A stretch of DNA of 64,000 bases from Octopus vulgaris (GCA_951406725.2 OX597840.1:35154001-35218000), one strand, 5' to 3'. Numbered from the stretch's first letter, positions 12,295-26,772 are shown. The notes: a model not told the origin generated them from the letters alone. Translations and numbers: made by a program.

Positions 12295-13395
12295 GCATGC
12301 ACACACGCACACAATATACAGACACACGCACACAATATACAGACACACACACACACAATATACAGACACACACGCACACAATATACAGACACACACACAC
12401 AATATACAGACACACACACACAATATACAGACACACACACACACAATATACAGACACACACGCACACAATATACAGACACACACACACAATATACAGACA
12501 CACACACACACACACAATATAGACACACACACACAATATACAGACACACACACACACACAATATACAGACACACGCACACAATATACAGACACACACACA
12601 CAATATACAGACACACACACACAATATACAGACACACACACAATTTCAGACACACACACACACACACACAATATAGACACACACACACAATATACAGACA
12701 CACACACACAATATACAGACACACGCACACAATATACAGACACACACACACAATATACAGACACACACGCACACAATATACAGACACACACACACAATAT
12801 ACAGACACACACACAATTTCAGACACACACACACACACACAATATAGACACACACACACAATATACAGACACACACACACACAATATACAGACACACACA
12901 CACATAATATACAGACACACACACACACAATATACAGACACACACACACATAATATACAGACACACACACACACAATATACAGACACACACACACACAAT
13001 ATACAGACACACACACACATAATATACAGACACACACACACATAATATACAGACACACACACACACAATATACAGACACACACACACACAATATACAGAC
13101 ACACACACACATAATATACAGACACACACACACACAATATACAGACACACACACACACAATATACAGACACACACACACATAATATACAGACACACACAC
13201 ACATAATATACAGACACACACACACAATATACAGACACACACACACACAATATACAGACACACACACACACAATATACAGACACACACACACACAATATA
13301 CAGACACACACACACACAATATACAGACACACACACACATACACGCACACATACACACACACATACACACACACACACATATACACATACACATG
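12295..13395. repeat. Minisatellite with 20-26 bp unit (CA)n-ATATACAGA
   Basis: Dozens of repeats of cacacacaatatacaga starting about 50 bp after a CerS donor. Confidence 0.95.
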
Positions 13396-13513
13396 CTCTC
13401 CAGAATTGTAGGAGTCTTCGTGTGTCTCTGCATTTGCGTGTATGAGTGAGTAGTTGGTGATTTAACCCTTTAGTGTTCAGATTATTCTGTCAAATGTGAT
13501 GTTTGTTTATTTA

Positions 13514-14785
13514 TAATAATAATGAAATTATTGTATACAGTACTCAGGTGCACCACAACTTGTCAGAGTATATGCAGTAATGTACAAATGTCTGGGAAGT
13601 GAACAGTGTATGAGTCAGATACATGCTTGCGTGTGTATGGAGGGGAGGAGAAAATCAGGTGTAGTGTTGGCGAATCTCAGGAAGCATGGAAGTTTTGAAG
13701 GATGCATTGCTCCGACAACTAACAACTGATGCCGGCAGTTTGTTCCATGCTTCAGCAACTCTTAGCGTGAAAAAATGTTTCCGAAAGTCATGGAAGGAGC
13801 TGTGCTGTTTTCTGACTTTGTAAATATGTCCACGGGTGTTAGACAGATGGAGTTTGAAAAGGTGCTCAGAGTTATTGTTTGTAAGATGGTTAATAATTTT
13901 ATGGGTGTCTGCCAAGTCAGCTGCCATACGTCGAAGTTTCAATGTGTCCAGGCCCAGGGAAGTAAGGCGTTCAGAATATGGCAAATGCCTGATGGAGGGT
14001 ATTCTCTTGGTTGTCAGATACATGCTTGCGTGTGTATGGAGGGGAGAAAATCAGGTGTAGTGTTGGCGAATCTCAGAAAGCATGGAAGTTTTGAAGGATG
14101 CAGTGCTCCGACAACTAACAACTGATGCCAGCAGTCTGTTTCATGCTTCAGCAACTCTCAGCGTGAAAAAGTGTTTCCGAAAGTCATGGGAGCTGTGCTG
14201 TTTTCTGACTTTGTAAACATGTCCATGGGTGTTAGACAAGTGGAGTTTGAAAAGGTGCTCAGAGTTATTGTTTGTAAGATGGTTAATAATTCTATGGGTG
14301 TCTGCCAAGTCAGCTGCCAGACGTCGGAGTTTCAATGTGTCCATGCCCAGGGAAGTAAGGCGTTCAGAATATGGCAAATGCCTGATGGAGGGTATTCTCT
14401 TGGTTGCACGTCGCTGAACGGTTTCCAAACAATATCCTGGGCAAGATAGGGGTTCCAGACCGGTGATGCAAATTCCAGGTGAGGTTGCACCATAGCTATA
14501 TAAAGCCGATGATAGATAGCCAGAGAGCGGCTCACAAAGGATTTGGTAAGTGATGCCAAGACACCCTCAGCCTTCTTGGCAATTTTAGCGATGTGTTTTG
14601 TCCAACGCAAATCGCTGTCGACAATAACACCAGGTTACGTTCACACGAAGACTTTTTGAGATTAGTGTTGTGGAGGGAATAGGTGGACGCTGGGTTTTCC
14701 CTCCCAAAATGCATGGTGGTACATTTGTCCACAGCCAGTCCATGATCCACTGCTGCATTGTGTCCAGGTCTGATTGCAATAAAGA
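13514..14785 (-). mobile_element. CR1-clade LINE 3' fragment with internal tandem duplication
   Basis: VQRRATKRIPSIRHLPYSERL..TRGH..FRKHFFTLRVAEAWNKLP; PHLEFASPVWNPY; frameshifted; a block of about 400 bp is present twice (about 13615-14012 and 14013-14403). Confidence 0.92.
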
Positions 14786-15174
14786 TCTATAGTGTACATA
14801 ATGTATTTATGATTTCGTGAATGATGTGTGCGTTTGATAGATAAATAGACAATGTGTGTGTTAAATGGTTATAGAGGTAGATAGGCACAAGTTTGCTTGC
14901 TAACCACATGATTCTGGGTTCGTCCCCTCTGCACGGCGTCTTTGGTATATGTGTACCAAAGCCTTGTGAGTGGATTTGAGGGAGAGCATAGCAAAGGGAG
15001 ATAATCAGTGTAAAAGGGGAGGTAATTAGTCTGACCAGAAGAGCTCCAGTAAAATTTGTACTAAAAATATCGAAATAAAAAAAAGCAGTCACACACAGAC
15101 ACACACACACCTACACACACATACACACACACCTACATACACACACCTACACACACATACATACGCACACACAC

Positions 15175-15217
<43 letters not shown>

Positions 15218-15242
15218 CACACACACACACACACACACACAC

Positions 15243-15361
<119 letters not shown>

Positions 15362-15721
15362 TGGTGTTAAAAATGTCGGAGATGTATGTTTGTAATGAAA
15401 GCCAGCCAATCCAGCTTTGACCACCCATGCGAAATGGAAGCTTGTAGAGAATGGAGATGTCTTGGAAGCTGACAGCACCTGTTCTTCTCCCATCTTTCTG
15501 TTTGTTTGTCATTGGACTGCTGCCATGCTGGGGCACTGCCTTGAAGGGTTTTAGTTGAGCAATTTGCACCTCCCCCCGTCCTGTACTTATTTTTTTAAAT
15601 GTCTGGTACTTGTTGGTCTGTTTTGTCAAAATGCTAAGTTACAGGGACATAAACAAACCGACACCAGTGGTGACACAATGGTGATGGTGGGGCAAACACA
15701 ACACATTCACATTCATATATG

Positions 15722-15885
15722 TAGGCACAGCAGTGGTTGTGTAGTAAAAAGCTTGCTTCCCAACCACATGGTTCTGGGTTCAGTCCCACATCGTGGCACC
15801 TTGGGCAAGTGTCTTCTACTATAGCCTCGGGCCGACCAAAGCCTTGTGAGTGGATTTGGTAGATGGAAACTGAAAGAAACCTGTC

Positions 15886-15925
<40 letters not shown>

Positions 15926-16120
15926 TTGTGTCTGAGTTTGTCCACCATCACTTGACAACCGATGTTGATGTGTTTACATCCCGGTAACTTAGCGTTTCAG
16001 CAAAAGAGACCAATAGAATAAGTATTAGGCTTACAAAGAATAAGTCCTGGAGTCAATTTGCTCGACTAAAGGCAGTGCTCCAGCATGGCCACAGTCAACT
16101 GACTTAAACGAGTAAAAGTG
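15722..16120 (+). mobile_element. SINE family A (a diverged - strand tail lies just upstream at 15495-15690)
   Basis: Full-length copy about 115 bp before the last CerS exon. Confidence 0.88.
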
Positions 16121-16174
16121 TAAAGAAGAGAGTAATAACAATAATAATAAAAGCAGTGTTTTGTGTATTTGTGA

Positions 16175-16216
<42 letters not shown>

Positions 16217-16234
16217 CTTTTGTTTTTGTTTCAG

Positions 16235-16327
16235 ATAAAAAAAGATGAGCGCAGCGAGAGCGAAGAGGCAGTGAGCGACACAGAAACAGAAACCGCACAG
16301 AAAACTGCGGTCAACAACTGCACATAA
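16235..16327 (+). CDS. CERS: Ceramide synthase terminal coding exon with stop
   Basis: tttgtttcag|ATA AAA AAA GAT GAG CGC AGC GAG...ACA TAA; IKKDERSESEEAVSDTETETAQKTAVNNCT*, with a DxRSDxE-like acidic motif typical of CerS C-termini. Confidence 0.92.
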   Translation: MKKDERSESEEAVSDTETETAQKTAVNNCT

Positions 16328-17159
16328 GATGCGCAAGACGATGGTGCAGCAGTACTCCCAAGAGGTGTGAGCGTGTGTGTGCGTGCGTGTTTGTTTGTGT
16401 GTGTGTTTGTGTGTGCGTGTGTTTGTAGGTGGACTGGGTGGGCAGAGGTCGAGGTGTGGAGGGTAGGAGTGGAGGAGAGGAAACGGAAGAGGATGGACAC
16501 GATGATGAGGATGCTTTTTGTGGGGTGTTGATGACGATGACGGTGGTGATGCTGACGGCGACGATGGAGAGGATGGTGATGGTGTTGCTGTCTACGTTGA
16601 TGCTGGTGATGATGGTTTTTGTCATTCAAAGTATCTACTAAAAAATGGGGGGGGGGGGGGGGGGGCAGGAGAGAGAGAGAGGGAGAGTAATAGACAGAGA
16701 ATGGGGAGAAGTGGGTGTAGAAACGGCCGTAGGGGGGGGAGAAAAAGCAGAAAGAGGATGATGAAAAGGGGGGAAAGAGAGTAGGAAGAGAGTGGGTGTG
16801 TGTCAAGTGAAAAAGAGAGAGTAAAGACCAATGAGAGGAAGGGAGAGAGAGAGAGAGAGTGAAGACAATTGATGGAGGAGGGAAGAATATGAGCTAATGA
16901 GGGAGGGGGAGGATGATGACTGATGGGAGAGGGAGGAGGAGAGAATAGAGGGAATTATAGATAATTAAAAAAAATTTTTTTCCCTCGTTTATTTAATGAT
17001 TTTAGATTATGATTTTTTCATTTCTTTAAAATATTTAAAATTATTTAAAGGGTGCAGTGTGAGAAGTGGAGGACATAAACATTGTGTGGGAGTGAGGAAC
17101 AAGTTATGGTGTGGTGGCCATGGGAAGAGGTGTGTTGTGGCACTTAGGACAAGTTGTGT

Positions 17160-17610
17160 GATAGTGAGGACATGCTGTGTAGTGGTTAGGACATATTGTA
17201 TACTATAGAGCTGCGTGATTCGAGGACATGTACAGCAATTAGGACAAACTGTATGTTATAGAGTTGTGATAGGGAGGACATGTGTAGAAATTAGGACAAA
17301 TTGTATGTTATAGAGATGTGATAGGGAGGACATGTTTGTGTAGCAATTAGGACAAACTGTATGTTACAGAGATGTGATAAGGAGGACATGTGTAGAAATT
17401 AGGACAAATTGTATGTTATAGAGATGTGATAGGGAGGACATGTTTGTGTAGCAATTAGGACAAACTGTATGGTATAGAGTTGTAACAGGGAGGACATGTG
17501 TAGCAATTAGGACAAATGTTATAGGGTACTGGGGTACAGTATGATAGTCTGGGGACAAGTTGTGCGAGTGTTGTGTGGCAGTTAGGACATATGTGATGCA
17601 GATATTAGGA
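17160..17610. repeat. Minisatellite with a unit of about 52-56 bp
   Basis: Repeats of gaggacatgtgtagcaattaggacaaa.tgtatgttatagag.tgtgataggga. Confidence 0.88.
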
Positions 17611-18259
17611 CATCTTGTGTAGTGCATAATGAAATGTAGTTTTGCAGTGTGAGCCTGTTGGCCTGGGGACTTAGCTGTCTGTAACAACCAAGGTCTTGAA
17701 CATACCATTCTGTATCAGTCTGCGATGCATTGTTGCACCGTATGCTGCATGTTGCAGCTATATTCTGTGTAGATGGATGCACATTCAAATTACACTACAC
17801 TGCACATGGTGCAGAGTAGCTGCAGCTGGGACAGTACGTCGCTTGAAGCGAATGCCGGTGTGGGTTGCATTTCACCTGCTGCCCAGTTTGGTCTTGGGTG
17901 ATTCAGTGATGTTCATCATGGTCCAGTTAACATCTTCCTAATTAATTAATACCTTTGCAACATATTACTGCATTTCCTCTCTCCCTCTGTCTCCACCTCC
18001 ACCCCCTCTTCTCCGCCTCTGCCTCTCCTCCTCCTCTCTCTTTCTCTCACTTTCTCTCTCTCCCCCCTCTACTGCTCTTTCATTATCCCTCTCCTCCCCC
18101 TACCACTCATTATTTACAATTTCATTATGTTGGGTATTTTTTTTTTTTTTCCATTTAAAAAAAATTTTTAATATTTAAAATATAAATGAAAAAAAATCCA
18201 TTGTTTCCACCACCACCACCACCACTGCTACTACTATTGCTGCTGCTACTACTATTTAT

Positions 18260-18494
18260 GCCGTGGATTGGTCGAGTTGGTAGAGCAACGGACAAAAATA
18301 CTTTTCACTATTTTAGTTACAGGCCTTTACATTCTAAGTTCAAATCCCGCCGAGGTCAACTTTGCCTTTCATCCCTCCAGAGCCGATAAAATAAAGTACC
18401 AGTGATGTACCGGGGTCTTTGTAATCAACTAATGCCCTTCCCCCAAATTTCTGACCTCGCACCTATTGTAGAAAGCATTATTATTATTATAATA

Positions 18495-18527
<33 letters not shown>

Positions 18528-18610
18528 AAATAAAGTACCAGTGGGGTCAAGAGAATTGACTGCTCCCTTCTCTTTCCCAAATTTGTGGCCTTGCGCCAAA
18601 AGTTTTGAAA

Positions 18611-18644
<34 letters not shown>

Positions 18645-18855
18645 GGCGACAAGCTGGCAGAATCGTTAGCACGCCAGGCAAAGTGCTTAGCAGTCGTTAC
18701 GCTCTGAGTTCAAATTCCACTGAGGTCGACTCTGCCTTTCATCCTTTCGGGGTCGACAAAATTAAATACCAGTGAAACACTGGGGGTCGATGTAGTTGAC
18801 TTACCCCCCTCTCCCCTCAAAATTTCAGGCCTTGTGCCTAAAGTAGAAAGGATTA

Positions 18856-18912
<57 letters not shown>

Positions 18913-20003
18913 TAGCGAGCTAGCAGAACATGCTGGGTAAATTGCTTAACAATATTTTTTTCCATCTTTATCTCCTGAGTTCAAATTCTGCTGAGGTCAA
19001 CTTAGCCTTTCGTCCCTTCAGGGTCAATAAAATAAGTACCAGTTGTGCTCTGGGGTCAATGCAATCGACATACCCCTCCTCAGAAATTTCAAGTCTTGTG
19101 CCCATAGTAAAAAGGATTATTATTATTATTATTATTATCATCATTATTATTATTATTATTATTATTATAGTATTTAAAGCAGTGAGCTGGCTGAGTCGTT
19201 AGCACACCGAGCAAAACGCTTGGAGGTGTCTCTTCTGGCTTTACATTCTGAGTTCAAATCCCGCCAAGGTCACCTTTACCCTTTCATCCTTTTGAGATTG
19301 ATAAAATAAGTACCAGTCACGTATTGGTGTCGATGTAATCAACTGAATTCTCCTTCCCCCCCCTAAATCCGCCGGCCTTGTACCAACATTCAAAGCCTTT
19401 TATTATTATTATTATTATTATTGTCATTGAAGGCAGCAAGCTGGCAGAATTGTTAGCAAGCCAGACAAAATGTTCATTGACATTTTGTCCATCTATGTTC
19501 TGAGTTCAAATCCTGCTGAGGTCAGTTTTGCTTTTCATCCTTAGGGGCTCAGTGAAATAAGTACCAGCTGAGCCCTGGGGTCAGTGTAATCGATTGCACT
19601 GGCCCCCCCATTCCCCATTACTAGGATTATTATTATTTTTATTAGGGGTGGTGGGCAAGGGGGGATTAACAGAATAATTAGAATTATTGAAAAATGTCTT
19701 GTGGTATTTATATGTTTCGGGTCTTTATGCCCTGAGTTCAAATCCTGCTGAGGTTAACTTTGCCTTTCACCCTCCAGAGTAGGTAAAATAAAGTAGCAGT
19801 CATGTACTGGGGTTCATGTACCAATTGATTGAGCCCTGCCCCTCAAAATTGATGGCCTTGTACCAAAATGCTTAGCAGCATTCCATCTGTCTGCGTTTTG
19901 AGTTCAAATGCCACCGAGATAGACTTTGCCTTTCATCCTTTGTGGGATGAAGGGCAACCCGAAATTGCTGGCCTTGTGCCAAAATTTGAAACCATCATCA
20001 TCA

Positions 20004-20039
<36 letters not shown>

Positions 20040-21150
20040 GAAGGCGGAGCATGCTAGACGAAATGCCTAGTGGTGTTTCATCCGCCTTCAGGTTCTGAGT
20101 TCAAATTCTGCTGAGGCTGACTTTGCCTTTCATCCTTTCAGGGTCGATAAATTAAGTACCAGTGACACACTGGGGTCAAAGTAATCGGCTCCTCCCCCAC
20201 CTCCCACCAAGCTGCCCTTGTGGCAAAAATTTGAAATAATAGATATTATTATATGAAGGTGGCGAGGTGGTAGAATTGTTAGCACATTGGGTGAAACGCT
20301 TAGCGGTATCTTGTCTGCTGCTGTGTTCTGAGTTCAAATTCCACCAAGGTCAACTTTACCGTTCATCCTTTTGGCAGTGGGGTTGATATATTAAGTACCA
20401 GTTGAGTACTGGAGTCGATGCTATCAACTATCCCCCTCCCCCAAATTTCAGACCTTATACCTGTAGTAGAAAGGATTATCATTATTATTATTATTATTAT
20501 TGTTATTATTATTAAGATGGTGAGCTGGCAGAATTCTTAGCATGTCAGGAAAAAAATGCTTAGCCTCATTTTGTTTTTTTTTTACATCATTCTGAGTTCA
20601 AATTCTGCTGAGGTCGACTTTGGCTTTCATCCTTCTAGGGGGGTTGATAAAATAGGTCCCTGTGAAGTACTAGGATTGATGTAAATGACTTGCCCCCTCC
20701 CCTCAAAACTGCTGACTCTGTCCTAAAATTTGAAACTATTATTATTATTATTATTATTACGGCAGCCAATTGGTAGAATCGTTAGCATGCCAGATGAAAT
20801 TCTTTGTGGCATTTGGTCCATTGATATTCTGTCAGGGTTGACTTTGCCCCCAAATTTCAGGCCTTGCGCCTATAGTAGAAAGGATTATTATTATTATTAT
20901 GGCAGAATCATGTAAGCAGCAGAAATAAAAAAAAAGTTTAAAAAAACCCATGCAATTTTTAGTTACTTTTTTTTTATAGATTCTGGGTTTCAAATCTTAG
21001 CAGAGGTCGACGTCATCATCCATTTCTGGGGTTGCTAAAATGAAATGCCGCCAATCAAGAACTGGACTTGATAAAATTGACTACATTCACTCCTACCCCT
21101 CTCGCCCCCCCTTGGGGTAGAGCAAGGGGTGGGGTGTGTCCTATATTTGA
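18260..21150 (+). mobile_element. Head-to-tail array of about 12 diverged family B SINEs (tail type 2) separated mostly by (TTA)n
   Basis: Recurring ctgagttcaaat..gaggtc.actttgcctttcatcc..aagtaccag..ggccttgtgcc units at about 18260, 18643, 18910, 19176, 19430, 19670, 19870, 20040, 20256, 20514, 20760 and 20900; further copies at 6830, 22310, 22545, 32160, 32375 (+) and 57255, 61640 (-). Confidence 0.9.
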
Positions 21151-21651
21151 ATTCATCATCATCATTATCATCATCATCATCATCATCATCAACATCATCA
21201 TCATTATTATTATTATTGATATTAATTATAATTCTTATTGATGTGGTGATTGTTGTGGTCACGTTGATGTGTGTTTTAAGTAAAAGAACCAAGTGCGTTT
21301 AAACTGCTTTCAATCTGGGATTGGACCTGCTTCATATATTTTGATATGTCTTTGTATAATGATCTTGGAAAAAACAGAAAAAAAAAAAGAGAAAAAAAAA
21401 GAAAGGCATGAACCTCACAACTTTCTATTCCTACCCTCCTCTCCCCCCAAACCCTTTACAAAAAACAAAAACAGTACAAAACAACAGTATCTACAGACCT
21501 CTTGCCTCTTGTTATTACTAATATTATTGTCTTCATTATTACTACTATTATTATTATTAATATTATTATTAAAATAAAAAAAGTAAAGACTAAGAGAAAT
21601 AATGAATAAATAAATGAAAATGTATTATTATTATTTTTATTATTATTATTA

Positions 21652-21696
<45 letters not shown>

Positions 21697-21702
21697 TTAA
21701 TT

Positions 21703-22260
21703 CATCATCATCGTTTAGTGTCTGCTTTCCATGCTGGCATGGTTTGGACGGTTCGACCGGGGTCTAGGAAGCCAGAAGGCTGCGCCAGGCTCCCAGTCTG
21801 ATCTGGCAGTGTTTCTACAGCTGGATGCCCTTCCTAACGCCAACCACTCCGTGAGTGTAGTGGGTGCTTTTAAAGTGCCACCGGCACAGGTGCCAGACAA
21901 GGCTGGTAAACGGCCACGATCGGATGGTGCTTTTTACGTGCCACCGGCACAGGGGCCAGACGAGGCTGGCAACGGCCACAATCGGATAGTGCTTTTTACG
22001 TGCCACCTGCACAGGTGCCAGACAAGGCTGGCAAATGGCCACGATCGGATGGTGCTTTTTACGTGTCACCACTGGCACGGGGTCCAGACGAGGCTGGTAA
22101 ACGGCTACAATCGGGTGGTGATTTTTTATGTGCCACTGGCACGGAGGCCAGTCGGGGTGTCACTGGCAATGGCCATGTTCAGATGGTTCTCTTACGTGCC
22201 ACCGGCTACAATTTCCATTGATGTTGATCGATTTCAATTTTGATTTTGATTTTTGATTTT
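21703..22260 (-). mobile_element. Family C retroposon ((GAT)n tail) with internal tandem subrepeats of about 60 bp
   Basis: catcatcgttta..ttccatgctggcatgg..ggatgcccttcctaacgccaacc followed by 5-6 repeats of gtgctttt.acgtgccacc; other copies near 2225, 7665, 9325, 10020, 30480, 37225, 44330 and 46220. Confidence 0.85.
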
Positions 22261-23630
22261 AATATAATTTATTTATTAGCCTGGTTGTGGGTTGGTTCTT
22301 CAATGGTGATGATGGCGTGGCAGAAGTGTTAGAGCGTCGGAGAAAATGCCTTTGCAGTATTTCCTCTGGTACCTTGTATTCTGAGTTCAAATCCCACAGA
22401 TGTCATCTTGGCTTTTTATCTTTTATCGGGGCTGATAAAATAAAGTACCAGTGAAATACTGGGGGTGATGTGATTGACTGTTCCCCTTCCTCCCAACGTT
22501 TCCATCTTGTGTGTCTGTAAGAAATTATTGTCATTAGGGCAATGGTGGTGAACTGGCAGAGACCCTTAGCATGTCTGAAAAAATGTTTAGGGGCAGTTCT
22601 TCTGGTTCTTTGGGTTTTGAGTTTGAAAACTGCCGAGGTAGACCCTGCCTTTCATCCTTTCAGGGTTGATGAAATAAATACCAGTTAAGCACTGGTGTTG
22701 ATGTGTTCAGCTTTCTCCACTCCATCAAAACTGCTGGCCTGGTGTCAAAATAAGAAAGAACTAGATGTTGGACCCAGCGTTGCTTGTGTTTTCCGTGTTG
22801 AAGTTAATTGAAAGAGTACAACAGGGGTTGCCACCACCCCCTGCCGGAGCCTCGTGGAGCTTTTAGGTGTTTTTGCTCAATAAACACACACAACGCCCGG
22901 TCTGGGAATCGAAACTGCGATCCTCCGACTGCGAGAAGGGTTTGGTTGATTCCAGCAACCCCAGGACTTTTTGTTTACGTTGATCAATTCACGGATGGTG
23001 GATGAAAGGCAAAGTTGATCCTAGATTGGGACCCAGAATCTAATGAGTTAAAACAAATCCACAAAGCCCCTTTTTTTTTATCTTTGTCACAGAAATTATG
23101 GAAATACAAACATTTTAAGTTTTTCCGTTTTTATTTTAATTCATAACCGAAAGATGATGGCATTTGGTTAGACCCCCACTATCATGGGAGTGGGGTGGTG
23201 ATGGTGGTGGTGGTGGTGGTCACAGAAGGATTGTCAGCTGTAATGCATGTTACATAGACATTAATGGTTGAGCCTGTTTAAGGAACTCTTTACCGTAATT
23301 CTTTAGAGCACTCAAAGCGGGTCTATTTCTGCACCAGAGACTGGTCTCATGCCGGACAATCTTTATCCACACCAAGGGATCATCTAAACAAGAAAATGCC
23401 ATAAACTGCATAAGTATATAATTTAATTAACACACACACGCATATACATACATAAATACATATATATATGCATATATACATACATATATATATATATAAT
23501 TCAAAGAAGAATACAGTGTACGTTCGAACACAAAAGAGATACCTGAAGAATAGGATATCTGACTCGCTAGAAAGAGCAGTTAAAACTCCAAGCCACCAAT
23601 TGTTGTAATTCCGAAAGTGATTGGAAAATA

Positions 23631-23721
23631 AAAACTTTTACCTTAATCCTAGACCCTGTAAGGTTTCTACAGACTTAAATACAGACTGAAATAAAGGGTC
23701 TAGGATTAAGGTTAAAGTTTT
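23631..23721. repeat. Hairpin with a stem of about 26 bp
   Basis: aaaacttttaccttaatcctagaccct / agggtctaggattaaggttaaagtttt. Confidence 0.85.
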
Positions 23722-23909
23722 GAATAATATATAGTCTATTGACTAATTTTCTCTTTCTTGCTAGACCACTGGTAACTAAGAATCTTTCTATGAATATTCT
23801 TGCTACCTTAAGATTTTAATTATATACACATATATATATATAAATTTTTTTTCGTAATGAGGTAAAAAAGCAAGGCTGTGTAGATTTTAGAACATTTATA
23901 GATTAGAAG

Positions 23910-23961
23910 GCCTTACAGCTGTTTCCAGGATATTTATTAATTATATCCCTTCATCAGAGAC
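23910..23961 (-). ncRNA. Type I hammerhead ribozyme motif
   Basis: Reverse complement gtct CTGATGA a gggatat..atatcct g GAAA CAGCTG TA aggc; palindromic stem III; stem I gtct/aggc. Confidence 0.72.
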
Positions 23962-24176
23962 GGTGTGAGAGGATGGTTAAGTAATTGTTAATTTAGATAA
24001 GATATAAAATAGAGAGTGAGGTGGAGGAAAGAAAATAGATGTGAGATATGTAGGGATATTGCATTTGTAGATCCATTTATTTAGGCAGAATGGTATACAT
24101 ATAAGATTCCAATACCTTACGAGTAAAATCCAATAGTATTTAAAATTGGTCATTCCAAGTATAGAGTTTATACACA

Positions 24177-24212
<36 letters not shown>

Positions 24213-24362
24213 CGGGAAGGTTTACGAAAATAAACAAAAGACGAAGGCAGGTGGAGTACAAACAAACAAATGTATTAGTATAATGCTCAGGAATAGAAAT
24301 AGAACAAGTCTTTTATGTTTCGAGCCTACGCTCTTCGACAGAAAGATACATACACACACACA

Positions 24363-24601
24363 CAGGGTGGCCCAAAAGTAGGTTCTCAGTTATCACGTAG
24401 GCACTTTAAATTTCTTTTAAAACATTTTATTACATTTAAATTTCTATCTTACAAACTGAAAAGGGAGTTTGACAAAATTAATTAAATTATCAAAGAATAA
24501 TGGTTTCATGTTTTTGTTTTTATATTTAAGATCTAAACTGTTGATATATGAATGCGAAAGAGAGAGTCGAATGACTGTGAATCTACTTTTGGGCCACCCT
24601 G
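24363..24601. mobile_element. Tc1/mariner MITE
   Basis: TIRs cagggtggcccaaaagtag / ctacttttgggccaccctg|ta. Confidence 0.85.
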
Positions 24602-24899
24602 TATATATGTGTATATATATATGTGTGTGTATATATATATATATATATATACATATATATATAACATTACATATATGATACATATGTATTACATGTATAT
24701 TACATAATTATATACACACACATAAATCTATATGATATATAGGTATTATGTATATATTACATACACACATATATGCATATATATATACATACACACACAT
24801 ATATACATATATATATACATACACACACACACTCATATTCCATATATTCACACACACATATACATATGCACACATACACACACACGGTACATGTATTAC

Positions 24900-24936
<37 letters not shown>

Positions 24937-26279
24937 GCGCGCGTTATACAATGCAAAAACACCTTGCAGTCTGTGAGTCAACAAAATAAGAATTTGATGA
25001 AATTCTTCTGCCAAATTAATGTCTTTAAGCATTTGCCATGTGTATGAGATGATTTTTCTTAGGACAATTGAGTTGGATGTACAAATTAATATTCTTTACA
25101 AAGACTGTTTCCATTGCTAAAAACTGAAAGTCTGTTCTTTGTGCAAGACCCGGTACCAAATGATCCATGCTCCTCGACTGGTTTGTAGTTTGGTGGTCGA
25201 AGACCCCTGATTTAGAGAACACACACACACACACAAACAGAGGTTTGAATTTATAAATGAGGAACGAGTACTCAGTACTGACGAGGGAATGTAATTATTT
25301 ATTGTAGTAACGAGATTGCGCTCCGTTGCTCTTCCGATTTTTGCAATCTTTCACTGGTTACAGAGCGAAGGCTGTTTTACTAAAGAGTATGTAGGAAAGT
25401 GCCTAATGGCATAACTTCTGTTGCGGAAACTCAGAGTAGTAACAAAATAATCTCTGGACAGCAACAGCAACAGCAACAATGTAAAACCGTTTGCAGTAAA
25501 AAAAGCACAGTATAATTCGGATAAAAACCTCGTAACATGCATCTAAGATCTCTTACGTTTTTATGTGGCTACCACATGTTATCCTGTAGTAGGATATATT
25601 CCAGGGATGGATACGCATGTGGGAATCCTCTTTGCGTAAGATTAATACACGGATAATATAACACAGGGATGGAGGATATCAGACTTTAATAGTAAACTAT
25701 GAACTAATTATAATTCTTAAATCTGACAGAAAAAAAGTAGGTAGGTTCATTAGTATAACAGGTAGCACACTCAGTCATGTAAACAGAGAGGTGTGGGTTT
25801 GTATCCCACGCGTGCAGGAAAACCTACTTTTTTCTGTTGAGGGCTTATATACCCCATTATTAGACTATTTTTTTAAGTCACTGCGTGGTGATCGCTTATA
25901 AGTTTTAAGCTTATAAAATACTATTAGTATTATTTACAGAATATATATTTATATATATATGTATATATATCTTTGCACTGTATATATGCATATGTATATA
26001 TATATATGTATATCAAATGTGAGGATAAAATTCTTTTCGGAAAAAAAAAAAATATTTTCTCGAAAAAAATTTTATCAATGGCCAGCATATTAAAAATTAC
26101 CTTTAACGGTTAAATTTAAAAACTATTCATGAATGAGGGCAAAGGAAAAAAATTCTAATGCCAAATATGCCGAAAAATTGGACATATTGTCCATTAACCA
26201 TATAATTTTTTCACAATATGCACGCTACCCGAAAAAAGGCTGACAGAAATTTCTAAAAAATTATGTATATATATATGTG

Positions 26280-26314
<35 letters not shown>

Positions 26315-26741
26315 GCACAGAGAGACATTTCAAAAGTAAATAGACCCCCTCTCCTCCCCATTATACCGGTTTATCTGTGAAGACACTACTTGATGCTTCC
26401 AACTTCTTAATGTATTTATGAGGCAGGGTATGTCTTCGAAATACCAGATTAAGGCATCAGTTAACTTTATTTTGTTTCCAGAAATAAGTCTTTCAAATTA
26501 ATGGCATCTATTAACTTTTGAGGTGTCTTCTGTGTATTTATTTATTTCGGTTGAGTCATTCTGTTGCTACTCTGAGTTATATACATACGTATGTGTATAT
26601 ATATAAATATATACATATATGTATATATATATATGTGTATATATATCTATATATATATATCTATATATATATATATATATATATATACATGTGTTTATAT
26701 ACATATATACGCATGTATATATAGATATGTATATATATATG

Positions 26742-26772
<31 letters not shown>

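Noticed and set aside
16647-16665. G19 run / G-quadruplex in the presumptive CerS 3' UTR
   Set aside because: Homopolymer in low-complexity purine-rich DNA; UTR extent unknown and no evidence of function.
18260-21150. CRISPR-like appearance of regularly spaced repeats
   Set aside because: Units are diverged tRNA-SINEs of about 200 bp and the spacers are microsatellites; eukaryotic DNA with no cas genes.
25741-25820. Possible tRNA (gtgggtttgtatcccac T-arm-like hairpin)
   Set aside because: No convincing acceptor or anticodon stems; at best a decayed tRNA-like fragment.
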